A stretch of DNA of 64,000 bases from Cycas panzhihuaensis (Eukaryota > Plantae > Cycadophyta), in contig CM041465.1 of assembly GCA_023213395.1 (NCBI GenBank), positions 120,225,741 to 120,289,740 on the forward strand, read 5' to 3'. Shown in pieces: positions 10,133 through 23,210 of the stretch; within the stretch, counting starts at the first letter, position 1, and every line of letters begins with the position of its first letter. Under the pieces are notes generated by a model. It saw only the letters and a list, made by a program, of their open reading frames with translations, made no database searches and was not told where the DNA came from. The position numbers were made by a program, and so were the translations under genes.

Positions 10133-12166
10133 CTTAGTCTATGGAACTCTAAGCTCATTTCCCTTATTAGGAAGCATCAAGTCTATGCCAAAGTCCTAGT
10201 TGCTACCCATGTCTAACATTCCTTTAATAGGGTTCCACCAAGTGTTGGCTATGATAAGCTAATTAAAGTATTCAGATCCTAGCTCTAGTCCCCCAGGGCA
10301 TGTAAGAAGGACTTTGGTTGGGCCAAGTGAAATGTCTATTGTCGACAAAAGTCTAAAGGTGGTGGGTTCGGGAATCATTGTCATCAAGAGGCAAGGACAT
10401 GCTCTATATGCCAAATGCAAGGTGTTCCAACTAGAGAAAGAGAGGAAGCATGGAAAATTCTACTTAGACAGAACCTTTCCCAAACCTTAACTCTAGCCTA
10501 AAAGGGCTTTACTTTGTCTTTGCACACTACTTTGATCTCCCCTTCCCAAACCAGAGTGGCTAGAGCTCCAATTTTCATAAGCATTTTGACTACTTGGGAA
10601 GCCTACAAGAAATTTCTTGATTGACAATGTGGCAAACCCAAGAAAGGACTTTTTGCTAGAAAGCTCTCAATTTGCTAGTCTCCACTTCAAGCATGGGTAT
10701 TGTTTGGGTCAGAACCCTTGGTTTGAGGCTAATAAACTCAATTAGAAGAGTCTCAACAATATGGACCACCCATTTGATTATTCCAAATGTTGGTGGAAGA
10801 CTTGCACTATTCTCAAATTGGACTTCCATCTCAAGAATTCAAGATATTTATTTTTGAAGAAATTTGTAATTGTTTACTTGCTTCTCACATTCCCAATCTT
10901 GTTGTGACTGCAAAAGCCAAGTGGTGGAAGGATCTTACTTAGCATCTCCATAAGAGTTTCTATGTGTTTTCCAATTTTGACATATATAAGCTCCTTTCAC
11001 CCCCACTACACATAGGTGAAAAGCTTAATAAGATTTGGAAATGTAATAGTAGTGAGGTCATCTAGTATAGAAGGTTTAAGAAGCCTTTAGCATTCCCCTA
11101 TTGAGCCCAAGGAGGCCTTGCTACCTAGTCCTGAATCCACAATGGCTATCAAAACCAAATTTGTTAAGCTTGAAAATGTTGATCTATCTTGCCCTTTCTA
11201 CCTTCTCCAGGTGTCTCTCACGCATCGTCTATGGTGATGTCCTCTAACTAAAGATGCCTATAAATGGGTCCATGATTTTGCCAAACCTTTGATCTATGAA
11301 GCATTTGGATGGAATGCTACTTCGCTTAGGGATAATAAGCCTCTTTCCTAGACTTTTACCCTTACCTAGGACACTCACATAGTGGGGATCTTGTATGCTA
11401 TATGAAAACACAAGAATACAATTGTTTTTGCTTCTTAGACTCCCTCATTAGTTTTAACTAAGACTATAGTATCCATGGTGACTTCTAATATGCTTTGCAA
11501 ATCATTGCCCAGGCAAATAAAGTTTAGGTAGAGTTATCTCACCTTTTGCAGTTGATTGATCACTAAGGGTAGCCCTATGTCCCATGAGCACTTTAACTAG
11601 AGGAAGGCACTTCACAACACAACCAAGGCAAAAGGCACAACAGATGCAAAGATGGGGGCAAACATCCTCCACAAGAGAAGTGGAGGTCTCCTCCTCAGGA
11701 TTTCTCCAATTTTAAATAACACAAAGCTCAATCAAGTCAACACCAGTAGTCTGCCATGAATAACCAACCCTAGAACCATTTATAGCCTCCTTTCATGCCT
11801 ACAGATCCTAGAGCTTACAAATGATGGTCTCTTTAGGAGGATAAATCTAATAAGATTAGAAATGATAGTGGAAATCCTAGTCCTATTTGTTCATGTGGTT
11901 TGGGTAGGTATTTACGTACTTTTGGCTTTAGTCATATCACCCATAGGATTAGAGGAGATTGGCCTCCCCACCCACCCCCCAAACACAAACATCTTAGCCA
12001 CATTTTTCATTGTGATAATATGTAATTTTTGCTATTAATAGAACCGTCTTGTTCAACAACAAAGAGCAAGAAGAAAAAAATGAAAGATGGATTATGACAT
12101 ACATGATAGAAAACATAGTAATCAAAACCTGAACATTGATGAAAATAAGTGGTACTAATAACATAC

Positions 12167-12236
12167 CATAACCAATTTTCTCCAATTTGGACGCTGCAAT
12201 ATTGAAAGATTTAGATATATGATATAGAGCTCGTGC
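12167..12236 (-). CDS. MED6: Mediator of RNA polymerase II transcription subunit 6, coding exon 3
   Basis: CAG acceptor, translation ARALYHISKSFNIAASKLEKIGY, GTATGT donor at 12166. In frame with exon 2 and matches plant MED6. Confidence 0.93.
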
Positions 12237-12676
12237 CTGCCAGATAAAAACATCATGGAATTAAATCAAGGCCTAATTGATCGATGCGAATAGGGTTAGC
12301 TCCCTTGCCTACTTATTGGCTTACATGTCCTTATATTCATCTCTTCTACTCAATGATAAACTTTTACCCATATATGGCATTGAAATTCAAATACTTGTAT
12401 CTTCTTAACGTTCATCATACTCTAGTTGTGATTCCCCCTTGTTCCATTCCCACAATCTAATACCTTGTCCCCCAACCCCAACCCCCCTTCACAGGGGTGT
12501 AAATTATTGATGGTACAATCAACCTCCACAAGGAAATAAAAGGACAGGTCCTTCATTGCAACGTAGGTCCATCTTTAACATTGGGCTTTATATTGTGCAT
12601 GCAATTGAAGGGACTCCATGAGATTTGGACTCCCTAACCATTACACCAAACCAAACTTGTCGATTATAATACATAC

Positions 12677-12851
12677 CATCCGAGATGCAAAGACGTTGTA
12701 AAGTTGGGGTGCCTGGTAGATGGAACCATCTAGGATGTAGTACCCAAGCATGGGTGTGACTTTCTCTGGCCCATCACGCTTCTGCTTTCGGAAAACAAAT
12801 AAATGAGGCTCCAAAACTTCACTCAACACATATTCAATGCCCGTCATTTTC
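12677..12851 (-). CDS. MED6: Mediator subunit 6, coding exon 2
   Basis: TAG acceptor at 12854-12852. Translation [64 protein letters not shown] donor at 12676. Phase matches exon 1 (TC|G = Ser). Confidence 0.96.
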
Positions 12852-13308
12852 CTATTGAAGGCCAAAAAATAACAAAAATGAACCATAGTAAATTTCAGCT
12901 CCCCAAGGCCTACCTGTCTTGTAAAAAAAATAAGGCATTTTTAAGAATATGAAATGCATATTATATTCTTTTATCCTACAGTATACAATATCCATTTAAC
13001 ATGGGTTAACCCTAAAATATTCTGTTTATTCTGAAAATTTTGCCCTCGTTGCACAGCCTTCCTCTCTTCTCTTTGCTTCTCCCTTCTTCCCATTCTATAC
13101 CGGGCTACTTCTATATACATATCTTTGAGTGTTTCAAAATCATTGCCGCACTCAAATTTCGCAATACTGCCATACATTTTTGTAAGGGCGTTCAAATATA
13201 TGCATTGAAACAGTGACCGCTGGCTAACAAGTTGCACCAACCACGACCGACATCGAAGAAGAAACAGAAAAGAACAGCGTATGGGGTTTCAGTTTCATAC
13301 GAACTTAC

Positions 13309-13562
13309 GAAAGCTGAGACATATCAAGAGGGTGTACGGAGCGCATGCGCAGCTGCTCGTTGTTGCATGTCCAGTCATAAAATGGAGAAAGCGCGAAATA
13401 ATCAAATACAAAATTTCTATCAAGAGGAAATGTGTTGAGCCATAGCTGATCTCTGAAGCATATGCCTGTCATATCAGTCCCTGGAGGAGGGGGCATGCCT
13501 GGATTTCCTTCCATTCCTAAACCCATTATACCTGCCTGAGGCACAGGAGGAGTAGAAGCCAT
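13309..13562 (-). CDS. MED6: Mediator subunit 6, coding exon 1
   Basis: ATG at 13562. [48 protein letters not shown] is the conserved plant Med6 N-terminus. GTAAGT donor at 13308. Confidence 0.96.
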
Positions 13563-13760
13563 CTCAAATTTCCGGGGAACAACGGCATACAGAGCTCACC
13601 GCGCGCTTACATTGAGCTGCACCCCGTGTGCTCGAGAGCTCTGTACGCCCAGCTCGAGCAATTCCTGTATATTGGCTACGCTGAACCGCGGGACAGGATA
13701 AAGAATGGCAATCCTTCACCTGGGTTCTGGACGACGATCCTGGTGATCAAATTTGGTTTA
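13563..13760 (-). promoter_or_regulatory. Probable MED6 5' UTR/proximal promoter
   Basis: CpG-rich, non-repetitive stretch directly upstream of the ATG, contrasting with CpG-depleted flanks. The TSS cannot be determined from sequence alone. Confidence 0.5.
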
Positions 13761-15517
13761 ATAATTTGTATAGTGGGGCGATGAAATTTTGTTTAAATTT
13801 ATATGTTGGAAATATAATTCATTAAATGTAAGAAACGGGGTTGGCCTCGCCCCTCTTCTTCCCCCGTTTCAACGCTTTCATGTTGAAATTAAAAATAATA
13901 AATAAATGAGAAGAATGTTAAAATCAAAAAAAATATATATGGATATATATATATAACATTTAAAACATGATAAAATAGAAAAATATATTATAAATTAAAA
14001 ACAAAATTGAACAAAGAAGAAGGAACAAAAAAATATACAATAAAAAATAATAATAAAGAAAGAAAATTAAAAATAAAAATAAGATAATAACTAAAATATA
14101 AAAATGTGAAGGTCGATGGAGGGACTAGGTTATGGCGAGGGAGAAAGATCTCCACCCATTAGGCCATCACTTTAATGATGATAAATGCTATGCTAATGAA
14201 TAAAGATGATGGGGGGATGGATGAGAATGAGATTAGCGGGAAGGTAATTATGAAGAGGTGGGAAGAACGAATGATAGAGATCAAAGAGGCAATTATGATA
14301 AGGAGGACATGAGTCGAAGCATATGGGAACAACAAAGGATCACGGGGGAGGCTAGCAAACGATCATGAAGGAGGATCATGAGGTTAACGATTGGTAAGGA
14401 GGATTAATACAAAAGGATTAATGGGAGTGAAAAGACAAAGGAGGGCACCATGACATGTAAGGACAAAAAAAGGAGGGTGGATAGACACTAAAGATGGCAT
14501 GGAAAGGTGCTTTGGTAATGCCATCACACAAGGGATAAGTATAAAGGACAGAGGGGACTGCCAAAGGGTGGAAGTAGGGTAAGAAAATTTTCATCGAAGG
14601 CGTTGTGTGCACTACCAAGGTTAGCATTGAGAACACACTCATTCTCAAATTCTAAGATTCACAATTGGAGGCCTGTAATTGTTGAGAATAGATAGGTATC
14701 ATTTGCTAAGAAGCATGATAGATGCATATCAAAATTCAATTGGCTTTAAGATGAGAGATGTGCATTGATATGTCGTCTTGCCACATAGTTTCATGGGCAT
14801 GTAATGACCTAGTTTTGAACTATGAGGATGAAAATTACTTATAAGATCCTTTGGCCATAAGTGTTTGGATGTGACTCTTAACAAGGTTTCAAAAGGCAAA
14901 TTGTAAAGAGGTGGGATTCTCCAATGCAAGAGTAAGTCAACAACAATTATGGCAACATATAAAGAAGTGTATATATAGGCACTCCAATTTATATTTTTGG
15001 GTTTGATTCTTGCCAAAATTTATTATAATAGATGTCAACTCTTTGTGGTACTAGTGCAGACTATTACAGTCTGTGAGTGCCGATAGGTAGTCCATATATT
15101 CGAAGCCGCAACATATATTAATTTATAAAAGATTTTTGAGTAAAAATAAAGCAGGACTACATATATTTATAGGACGGATTGTTTTTCATTTTGTCGTGGG
15201 AATCACGTCAATCACGTCATTCCTATCTAAAATGGAGTGTACTATGACGTCTGAATTGGTTTTTGTTTTTTTTTTTTGTCTGGTAAAAAATAGTCAAAAA
15301 ATGTGTAATCGATGTTTTATTTTTATTTTTTCAACTATTTGGGGAGTAAATGGGAGGGTTGAGTACCCTCTCCCCATCTCTCCCTGCCGAAGTCCCCTAA
15401 GGGCACCTATCGCCGCAACAATAAGTAGGTTTCATTATTATTCTAGTTTCACTTCAGTTTCTAATTATTATCACTTTATTTTGCTTAGATGTTTATTATT
15501 ACACCAAGACTTTAAAC

Positions 15518-18500
15518 TGTTAGAATGGGCATTAAGCCACATTAGTCCCAAGATCTTTAATGAAAGCACAATACCATAAATGCATTAAGCACAAGTAACA
15601 AAGAACTTCAAAGAATTCAAAGGACTCAAAGAGAAATAGGAGCAAGAACACAATACCTAAGATGAGGTATTGGAATTAGTCCAACAACCAAAGAATGCCT
15701 TCAACTTGATTAACAAACTGATAGAATGATAATGAGCTCCAACTCTTGAATGAGCAACAATGACAAATAGGTCTCATTATATAGAATGAGATGAGAGACC
15801 TAAGGCCTTGGATGTTTGACAAGTGTCAAACATCCAAAATACATGCCTTGGATGATTGAGATGTATCCCTTTGGAAGCTCTTATGTGAGCAAAGATACAA
15901 TGGGGTCATTTGACCCTCAAGTTACATAAGTGACAACATAATGTCACTAGTCATAAAGTGCGTGTGTACTTTATCACTTGAGTGATAAAGTCACGCCTAA
16001 AGTACAAAAGTGTACATGAGCATTAAAGTGCACACATAATACAAAAATAGAAAGTACATAAGCTTAACATATAAACATAAGGTAAACCATGAGGTTTAAC
16101 ATCCCTCCTTATTGTTTATAATATTAAGTTAGACCCCTAGACCATCTGTAAATTTTACAAATTCGTCTCTACCAAGTGGCTTGGTAAAGATGTCTGTCGT
16201 TTGTTGCTCCGTTGGTCGATATTGAAGAGTGATCTTACTACTATATACGTGCTCCCTGATGAAATGGTGGTGAACTTCAATATATTTGGTCTATGCATGG
16301 AAGACTGGATTCTTAGTTAGCTTGAGGACACTCTGATTGTCACAATGAATACTGGTGAATACTCTTCTTTGAAATCCAAGCTCACCAAGAACTGAAGCCA
16401 GATAGCCTCGAAGTCGCTACCGACTTTTGTACTCTACTTCAGTGGAAGACAAGGTAACATTTGGTTGCTTCTTGCAACTCCATGAAACAGCTGCTGAACC
16501 AAGGGTAAAACAGTAACCTGAGGTTGACTTCCTGCTATCCTGGCATCCTGCCCAATCATAATCAGAGAACCCCTCCAAAGTAAAGTTCTCATTATGTACA
16601 TACTCAAGTCCAAGCTGCAATGTACCTTTTATATACTTGAGTATACATTTTGCTGCTTTCCAATGCTTCTGATTGGGTTGAGACATGAAACGAGAGCAAA
16701 TCCCAACTGCAAATGAGATGTCTGGATGAGTGTTGGTCAGATATATCAAGCTACCAATCAACTGTCGATAAAGAGTGGGATCTGCTAGTTCAGCTTCCTC
16801 ATTAAGAGTAAGCTTGGTGCCGTTCTCCATGGGCGTAGGCGTCGTCTTGCAGTCATGCATCATGAATCTCTGCAAGATGTCCCAAGAATATTTTGCTTGG
16901 GAAATGAAGATATAGCCTGGCTGCTGCCATACCTCAAAGCCTAGAAAATAATGGAGAAGTCTAAGATCAGTCATCTTGAAACTTCTCTTCAAATCATCCT
17001 AGAGAACATTGATGAGCTTAGTGTCATCACTCGTGATCACTAAGTCATCTACATATAAGGCAATACAAATGACATGGTGTTGTTCATGTTTGATATATAA
17101 GTTAGGATCAGATGTGGATCAATGAAACCCATGTCTCAAAAAGTATTCATAGATTTTTGTATAGCATGCCCTAGGAGCTTACTTCAAGCCATACAAAGCC
17201 TTCTTGAGGTGACATACCAAATGCTCCTTGCCTTGTTCCTTGTAACCAAGAGGTTGCTCCAAGTATACCTCCTCTTAAAGATCGTTGTTGAGAAAGGCGC
17301 TCTTCACGTCCATCTGATACACGGGCTATTTGTATTATGTAGCTAAGGCCATGAGATGTCTGATGGTATTCATGTTTGCTACAGGTGCAAAGGTCACCTC
17401 ATAATCAATGCCTTCCTTTTGTTTGAATCCCTTTGCTACAAGTCTTACCTTTTGACGCTTCAGTGTCCCATCAGAATGAAATTTGGTCTTGTAGACCCAT
17501 TTACAACTAATTGCCTATTTGTGTGGAGGCAATTCAACCAAATCCCATGTGCCATTATTATGAATGGAGTGGATCTCCTCATCCATGGCAGCTTTCCAAC
17601 TATCACTTTGTGAAGCCTATGCAAAAGTAGTAGGCTCATCAATATAAAGCACTTCAGCCATAAGTGCAAAGTTTGTTTGCTACCTATACTTTGATGGATG
17701 TTTCCCTTCAATGATATGACCATCCTGTACCGTTTGAGTGTACCACTTAGGTAACTTCTAAAATGATGTAGCATGAACCTCAATGTCTTCTAGTCTAAGT
17801 GAAGGATCAACAGAAGATGAAGTAGAAGGTTCAAGTGGAGCAAATGAAGATGAAGTAGATGGTAGAGGAGGTGTAGATGAAGAACATGGTGTATAAGATT
17901 GAGAGGGAGGGAAGTCCTCAACAATCTTTTTACCTTTGTCAATGGGGGGTTGGATTGATGCCATATCCAACTCTTTCTAATCATTCTCAACAAAGATTAC
18001 ATCTCTTGAGAGATGCATTTTTCTGCCAACTAGATCATACAACTTGGAGGCTTTGCAATGGATTGCATATCCTACAAAGATGCATTTAAGACTATATTTG
18101 TCCAACTTTGTTCTTTGTTGATCTGGTATGTGTATATACGCAGTACACACGAATGTCTTCAAATGGCTGATAGTTGGCTTCTTACCAGTCCATGCCTCCT
18201 CAGGTGTGATGTCGATGACTGCTATTGTAGGACTCCGATTAGCCACATAGGCTACTGTATGAAATGCTTCGGCCTAGTAATCTCTTGGAAGTCCTTTTGC
18301 ATGCATCATCGTTTTGGCTTTATTAGCCAAAGTTCTGTTCATCCTCTCAGAGACTCCATTTTGTTAAGGAGTATGAGGAGCTGTGAGTTATCTCTGAATT
18401 CCATTATCCTTGCAGAAATGGTTGAATTCATTTAAAGTGAATTCACCTCCATTATTTGACCTTAATGTGCCAATTGAGTAGCCAGATTCATTCTCTACTT

Positions 18501-21500
18501 CCGCCTTAAACTCTTTAAACTTGGAGAAAGCCTCTGATTTTTGCTTTAGGAAGTAGACCCAGACTTTGTGAGAGAAGTCATCAATGAAAGATATGTAATA
18601 TAATGCTCCTCCAAAGGATTGAGTGGACATGGGTCCACACAAGTCTGAGTGAACTAACTGCAATGGACAAGATGCACGCCATGCTTTACCTTTAAGAAAA
18701 GGCAACTGATGTTGTGTCCCCATTATGCAAGCTTCACAAAGACATTCTGAACCATACATCTTTGGAAGCCCATACACCATGTTTTTGCTTATCATCTACT
18801 TCAAATTGTCTAGGCTTAAGTGACCTAGACGTTGATGCCATAATTGAATTTTCGACAAAGATGTGGAACCAGAGTAAGCAGAATCAAGAGGAATGTTATT
18901 GGCATCCAACTTATAAAAACCTTGATCCTCATAAGCAACAGCTACGATCTGGTCATCTTTGTCACTAATAATACATTTCCCATTTTTGAATAGTACGCTC
19001 ATCTGTTGCTTGTCCAACTGGCTAATAGATAGCAAATTCTTCTCCATGGAAGGAATGAAGTAGGCACCACTGTTGGGAAATGATGAGGAAGGATTTTGTG
19101 AAGAATGAAAAGGAGCTATAGTACCTATTCTTGAAATCTCAATTGATTCATTGTTTCCAAAGGTCACTGATTGACCTTTACCTTCCTTGATGTTGCATAG
19201 GAGTTCTTCACTCCCCATCATATGTTGAGAAGCTCCTGAATCGATGATCCAAGTGTTATCAACCTTGGATGATTGGTATGCGCAAAACAGTTTGTCTTCA
19301 TTGGCAAACTGATTAAAGTGGTGTTGGTAGCCACCTCTTTGACCCCCCCTTCCTCTTAGACCTCCTCGATAGGCACCTCAATTTGGTCGAGGGGGATTCT
19401 GCTGCTGATTTGGCTGTTGGAATCTTTGTTGAAACTATTATCATGGCTGATGTTGTCTTTGACCCTGTGGCTGTTGTTGTTACTGCTGTTGTCTTCGTAG
19501 ATCCGCCTGCTTCTTTCTACAATCAGGTGCAATGTGGCCAAGTTTGCCATAATAATGACATACGACATTGGACTTAGAAGATCCAATGTTCATGTTTCTA
19601 AACTGCTTTATGAATGCAGGCTTGGATTTTTTATTTGCCTTTGCCTTTGCTATGAAAGCACCTGTTGTAGATGGTTCTTCATTATCCTTAGCATAAATTT
19701 GTTCTTCTTGAAGCAATAAGCTTTCAAGTTCATTGAATGTCATCTGTTTTCGTGAACCATCTCATGTAGTTGATGATATAAAGTCATTGTAGTCCTTTGG
19801 CATTGCCTTTGTGATGGATGTCATGACTTCATCCCTTGTAGTAGGACTACCTAAAGTACTCAATTCATTACAAACCTCCTTAATGGAGGACAAGAATGCC
19901 GACATTGGCTTCACAAATTTGATAGAATACAATTTGGCTTTTATCATTAAAATGCGAGCTTCATCTCACCTTTCAAACAAAGAGGATAATGTGTCCCATG
20001 TTTCTTTAGAAGATTTTGTAGAAGAAATATTCTAATCTACATGTACATCCACAACCATACGAATAAATGCTAAAGCAATTTCATCTTTGGCCTCCCAAGC
20101 AGTAACACGTTCATAATCAATTTGAATTTTATCATCAACCACAAGTGCAGGATTCAGTATTCTTCCAGAAACATATCCCTAAAATTCATTCATTATCAAG
20201 AGATTCTATGTGATTCTTTTCCATTCTTGATAATTTGATTGTCCTGTTAGCCTTATAGTGCATGCATTGAGCATGTTTATGGCAGCCATCTTTTCACTTG
20301 ATTAAAAGCTAACAAATAACTTGGTAACTTCAAAGCTTTGTCACTTAAGTTCCACCTTCAAGCAACACCACCAGTCTTGATTTTACAAGAAGATCCAACA
20401 ACTAGTGGAGTGATGAGAGGTGGAGGACTTCGGCTATTGAGTTGGTCCAAAGACAAATTTTAAGTGAATTTTTTGAGTATTTTTACTTGGATTTTGATGG
20501 TGTGCCTTTTGGCTTATAATGAATGCGTCTTAAGAAGCAATTACATGAGAGAATGAGCACTTTTATTAAGTGATTTTTAAGTGTTTTATGATCCAAGTAA
20601 AGTGCTTTGAATGCTTGAATACAATAATGTAAGTACTTTGAGTACTTAGTGAAAAAATAATGCAAGAAACCTTTGATGAAGATAACAGAAATGGGTTCCT
20701 TTCAACCCTCCAAATCTGATGAAGTGAAGAACCCACTAGCAAGGTGTACTCAAAAGTGCTCCAAAGCCAACACGAACTCCAAGTAGCAGTTGTTGAGACT
20801 TTAAAAATAGTCTCAACAATCTAACAAAAAAATGTGATTTTATTAAGTGTCAAATTGAGCCTTCTTTTTAAGCTTTTTTAAGGCCAAGGTCACCATGCAA
20901 GGTGCCAAAAAATGAACTCAGATGGTGATGTTCCTCACCTTTACAATGTGGATATGCCTTTTGATCACTTTATTTAAGCTCAAAGTGCTTTAGTAGCATG
21001 AAACAATGTGCTAAATGAGCTTAAAAAAAGCATAAGAGAGATGCTGAAAATTAACTTTTTTTAACAACTTTGCCTCATTAGAACACCTCGTAGGGAGTCT
21101 TTTTAAACATTTAAATTATGCAATGTTGAACTTCAATAAGAGGAGAATGACTTAGTATGTGTCATTCGTTGAGTCCTCTTTTCATCAAGGAGATTTTAAT
21201 AAAGTTAAGTACCAAAAGGGTACTTTAGTGAGCAAAAAAAACTTTAAGAAATGAGATTAAATCTCATTAAAAAAGAAATCTTAAAGTGTTTAAGGCTTTA
21301 ATGATGCCTTTAAAACTTGAAACGGCTAAGCCTCATGTAGCATTAAGAAGCATTAAGCCCCCCCCTTACTCAGAAAATTCTCTAAGGCATAAAAACACCT
21401 CTTAAGCCTTGATTAATAATGAAAAAACTCATTTAAAATGAACTTTATGAAAAAGAGCCTTGATTAGAAAAGGAATATTCCTAGTATATGCCAAAGTGCA

Positions 21501-23210
21501 TATTACTAGGTTATTAGCCAAACCAAAAAAAAGAATTTGATTTATGATAAATCGATCACGATCGCGGCCAATTTTTTGCGTGCTGTTGGGAACTGGTCCC
21601 GAGGCTAATTACAGGCCCTACTAGCTGTGTTATACGTCTTTTGGCCATGCGGGCCCCACCAAATGAACTGTGCATCTTACTTTTGTGTTTCCTGTGGGCC
21701 CCATGTGGGCAACCTACCGTGCGAGGTGCGACTCCCCAAGCACGAGCCGTGCGGGCTCGTCAAATTCCAGAAGGTTCTGGAACCTTCACTGCTGTGTCTT
21801 CCCGCGTTTACGGATTCGTTCTCCTTCGTCCATGAGACGTTTATTCCTGCATGCAGGAGTTGCAGGTCTATTTCCTCTCATGTGCGGGTGCGTGTTCCTC
21901 GTGGAGGTGCATCGTTTCTTTTGTGTGGGCCTGTCTCTTTGGTGCTTCTTACTGTCCGTGCAGGATCTTTCTACGTTTGCCTTACTATACGGGAAGATCT
22001 TTATGCAGGTGCATCCTCAAGCAGAACAGAAAGAGTTCTGAGCAGTGTGAAAGATGAAATGGGAGATGTGGTCTCTTCTTTATGTGAGCAGTGCAGAGCA
22101 GCAGGTCTTTAGTAGGGTTTAGATTGTGTGCAGTCTTAAGGGTAGCCAGAGAGCAAGAGGGTGACAGTCCTTTAAGTGTGCAGTCCTCTGAAAGTGCAGG
22201 TGCAGAGACCAAGATGCAGGAGTCTTTGGACACTTAAGGATAACAAGTGTTCAACAGTTGACTAGAGAGCAAGTTCAGCAATCTCCTTTTGGTGGAGTTC
22301 TCTCTCTTTTCTGAGAGTTTTCTTCCTTCTTAAGATAGTTGAGGGCAGCCAGGTATAGGTGCAGAAAGTGCAGGGAGCTCTTCTTGGCAGGCTCAAAAAA
22401 GTTCACAAGTGAGAGAGCATTAATACCTCCAAATTCAGGGAGCAAGAAATATGTGCAAAGATTGTTAAGAATGTGATGAGAGGACAGAATTGAAGTCAAG
22501 AAATGACAAAATTAAGTGCTGAAATCTCCCAAGAAAATTCCAAGAAATGGACCAAGAATTGAAGCTAACAAATCAAAGCTCAACATAAAAGATTTCCATT
22601 AAGCTCTGATACCAATTGTTAGAATAGGCATTAAGCCACATTAGTCCCAAGATCTTTAATGAAAGCACAATACCATAAATGCATTAAGTACAAGTAACAA
22701 AGAACTTCAAAGAATCCAAAGGAATTCAAAGGACTCAAAGAGAAATAGGAGCAAGAACACAATACCCAAGATGAGGTGTTGGAATTAGTCCAACAACCAA
22801 AGAATGCCTTCAGCTTGATTAGCAAACTGATAGAATGACAATGAGCTCCAACTCTTGAATGAGCAACAATGAGGAATAGGTCTCATTATATAGAATGAGG
22901 TGAGAGACCTAAGGACTTGGATGTTTAACAAGTGTCAAGCATCCAAGATACATGCCTTGGATGATTGACATGTGTCCCTTTGGAAGCTCTTATGTGAGCA
23001 AAGATGCACTAGGGTCATTTGACCCTCAAGTTACATAAGTGACAACATTGTGTCACTAGTCATAAAGTGGGTGTGTACTTTATCACTTAAGTGATAAAGT
23101 CACACCTAAAGTACAAAAGTGCACATGAGCATTAAAGTGCACACATAATACAAAAATAGAAAGTACATAAGCTTAACATATAAACATAAGGTAAACCATG
23201 AGGTTTAACA
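15518..23210 (-). mobile_element. Full-length Ty1/copia LTR retrotransposon (7.7 kb) with inactivated gag-pol
   Basis: LTRs 15518-16101 and 22617-23210 (TG...CA; ~25 substitutions plus a 10-bp indel by eye). Perfect TSD TAAAC. PBS TGGTATCAGAGC at 22614-22603; PPT TAAGGAGGGA at 16111-16102. Confidence 0.97.
16129..20289 (-). pseudogene. Copia gag-PR-IN-RT-RH polyprotein with premature stops and frameshifts
   Basis: Motifs in Copia order: LTGQSNYQEW (gag), CHYYGKLGHIAPDC (knuckle), WIIDSGASQHM (PR), LWHQRLGH, VHSDLCGPM and YISFIDDFS (IN), LYVDDL (RT), FSDYDWAG..SRKSTSGY (RH). Confidence 0.95.

Larger units (their letters stand above)
1640..12080 (+). mobile_element. Decayed L1-type LINE ORF2 (endonuclease, RT, zf-RVT) with 3' UTR and degenerate A-rich tail; interrupted by LTR insertions at 1785-2499 and 4672-10132; antisense within MED6 intron 3
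   Basis: Translated motifs with stops and frameshifts. Endonuclease C-terminus: FRWSN...ILTRFD and ALSNQHAI...SFKLN (2500-2750). RT: NEKAPSIDGFTHGFYKATW (~3675), MKIDFGKAY (~4060), SIILSCPLAP (~4240), FVDN in place of YADD (~4390). The frame resumes after 10137 with LWNSKLISL and KSKGGG, then CPF..HRLW*C (~11190). A-rich tail at 12052-12080. Outer boundaries are approximate. Confidence 0.88.

Noticed and set aside
12641-12886. ORF-track 81-aa protein as a standalone gene (likewise 13305-13562 and 11994-12185)
   Set aside because: These are MED6 exons read into the flanking introns; splice sites define the true boundaries.
13827-15060. Possible 5' LTR and PBS (TGGTACTAGTGCAG, ~15046) of the Tat-like remnant, including a GAAACGGGG/CCCCGTTTC hairpin at 13832-13870
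   Set aside because: No partner LTR or TSD in the window, and I cannot assign the tRNA; left uncalled.
21627-22112. Plus-strand 161-aa and 123-aa ORFs in the Copia leader as an extra antisense gene
   Set aside because: Non-ATG starts, no recognisable motif, and overlapping open frames explained by local GC-rich composition.
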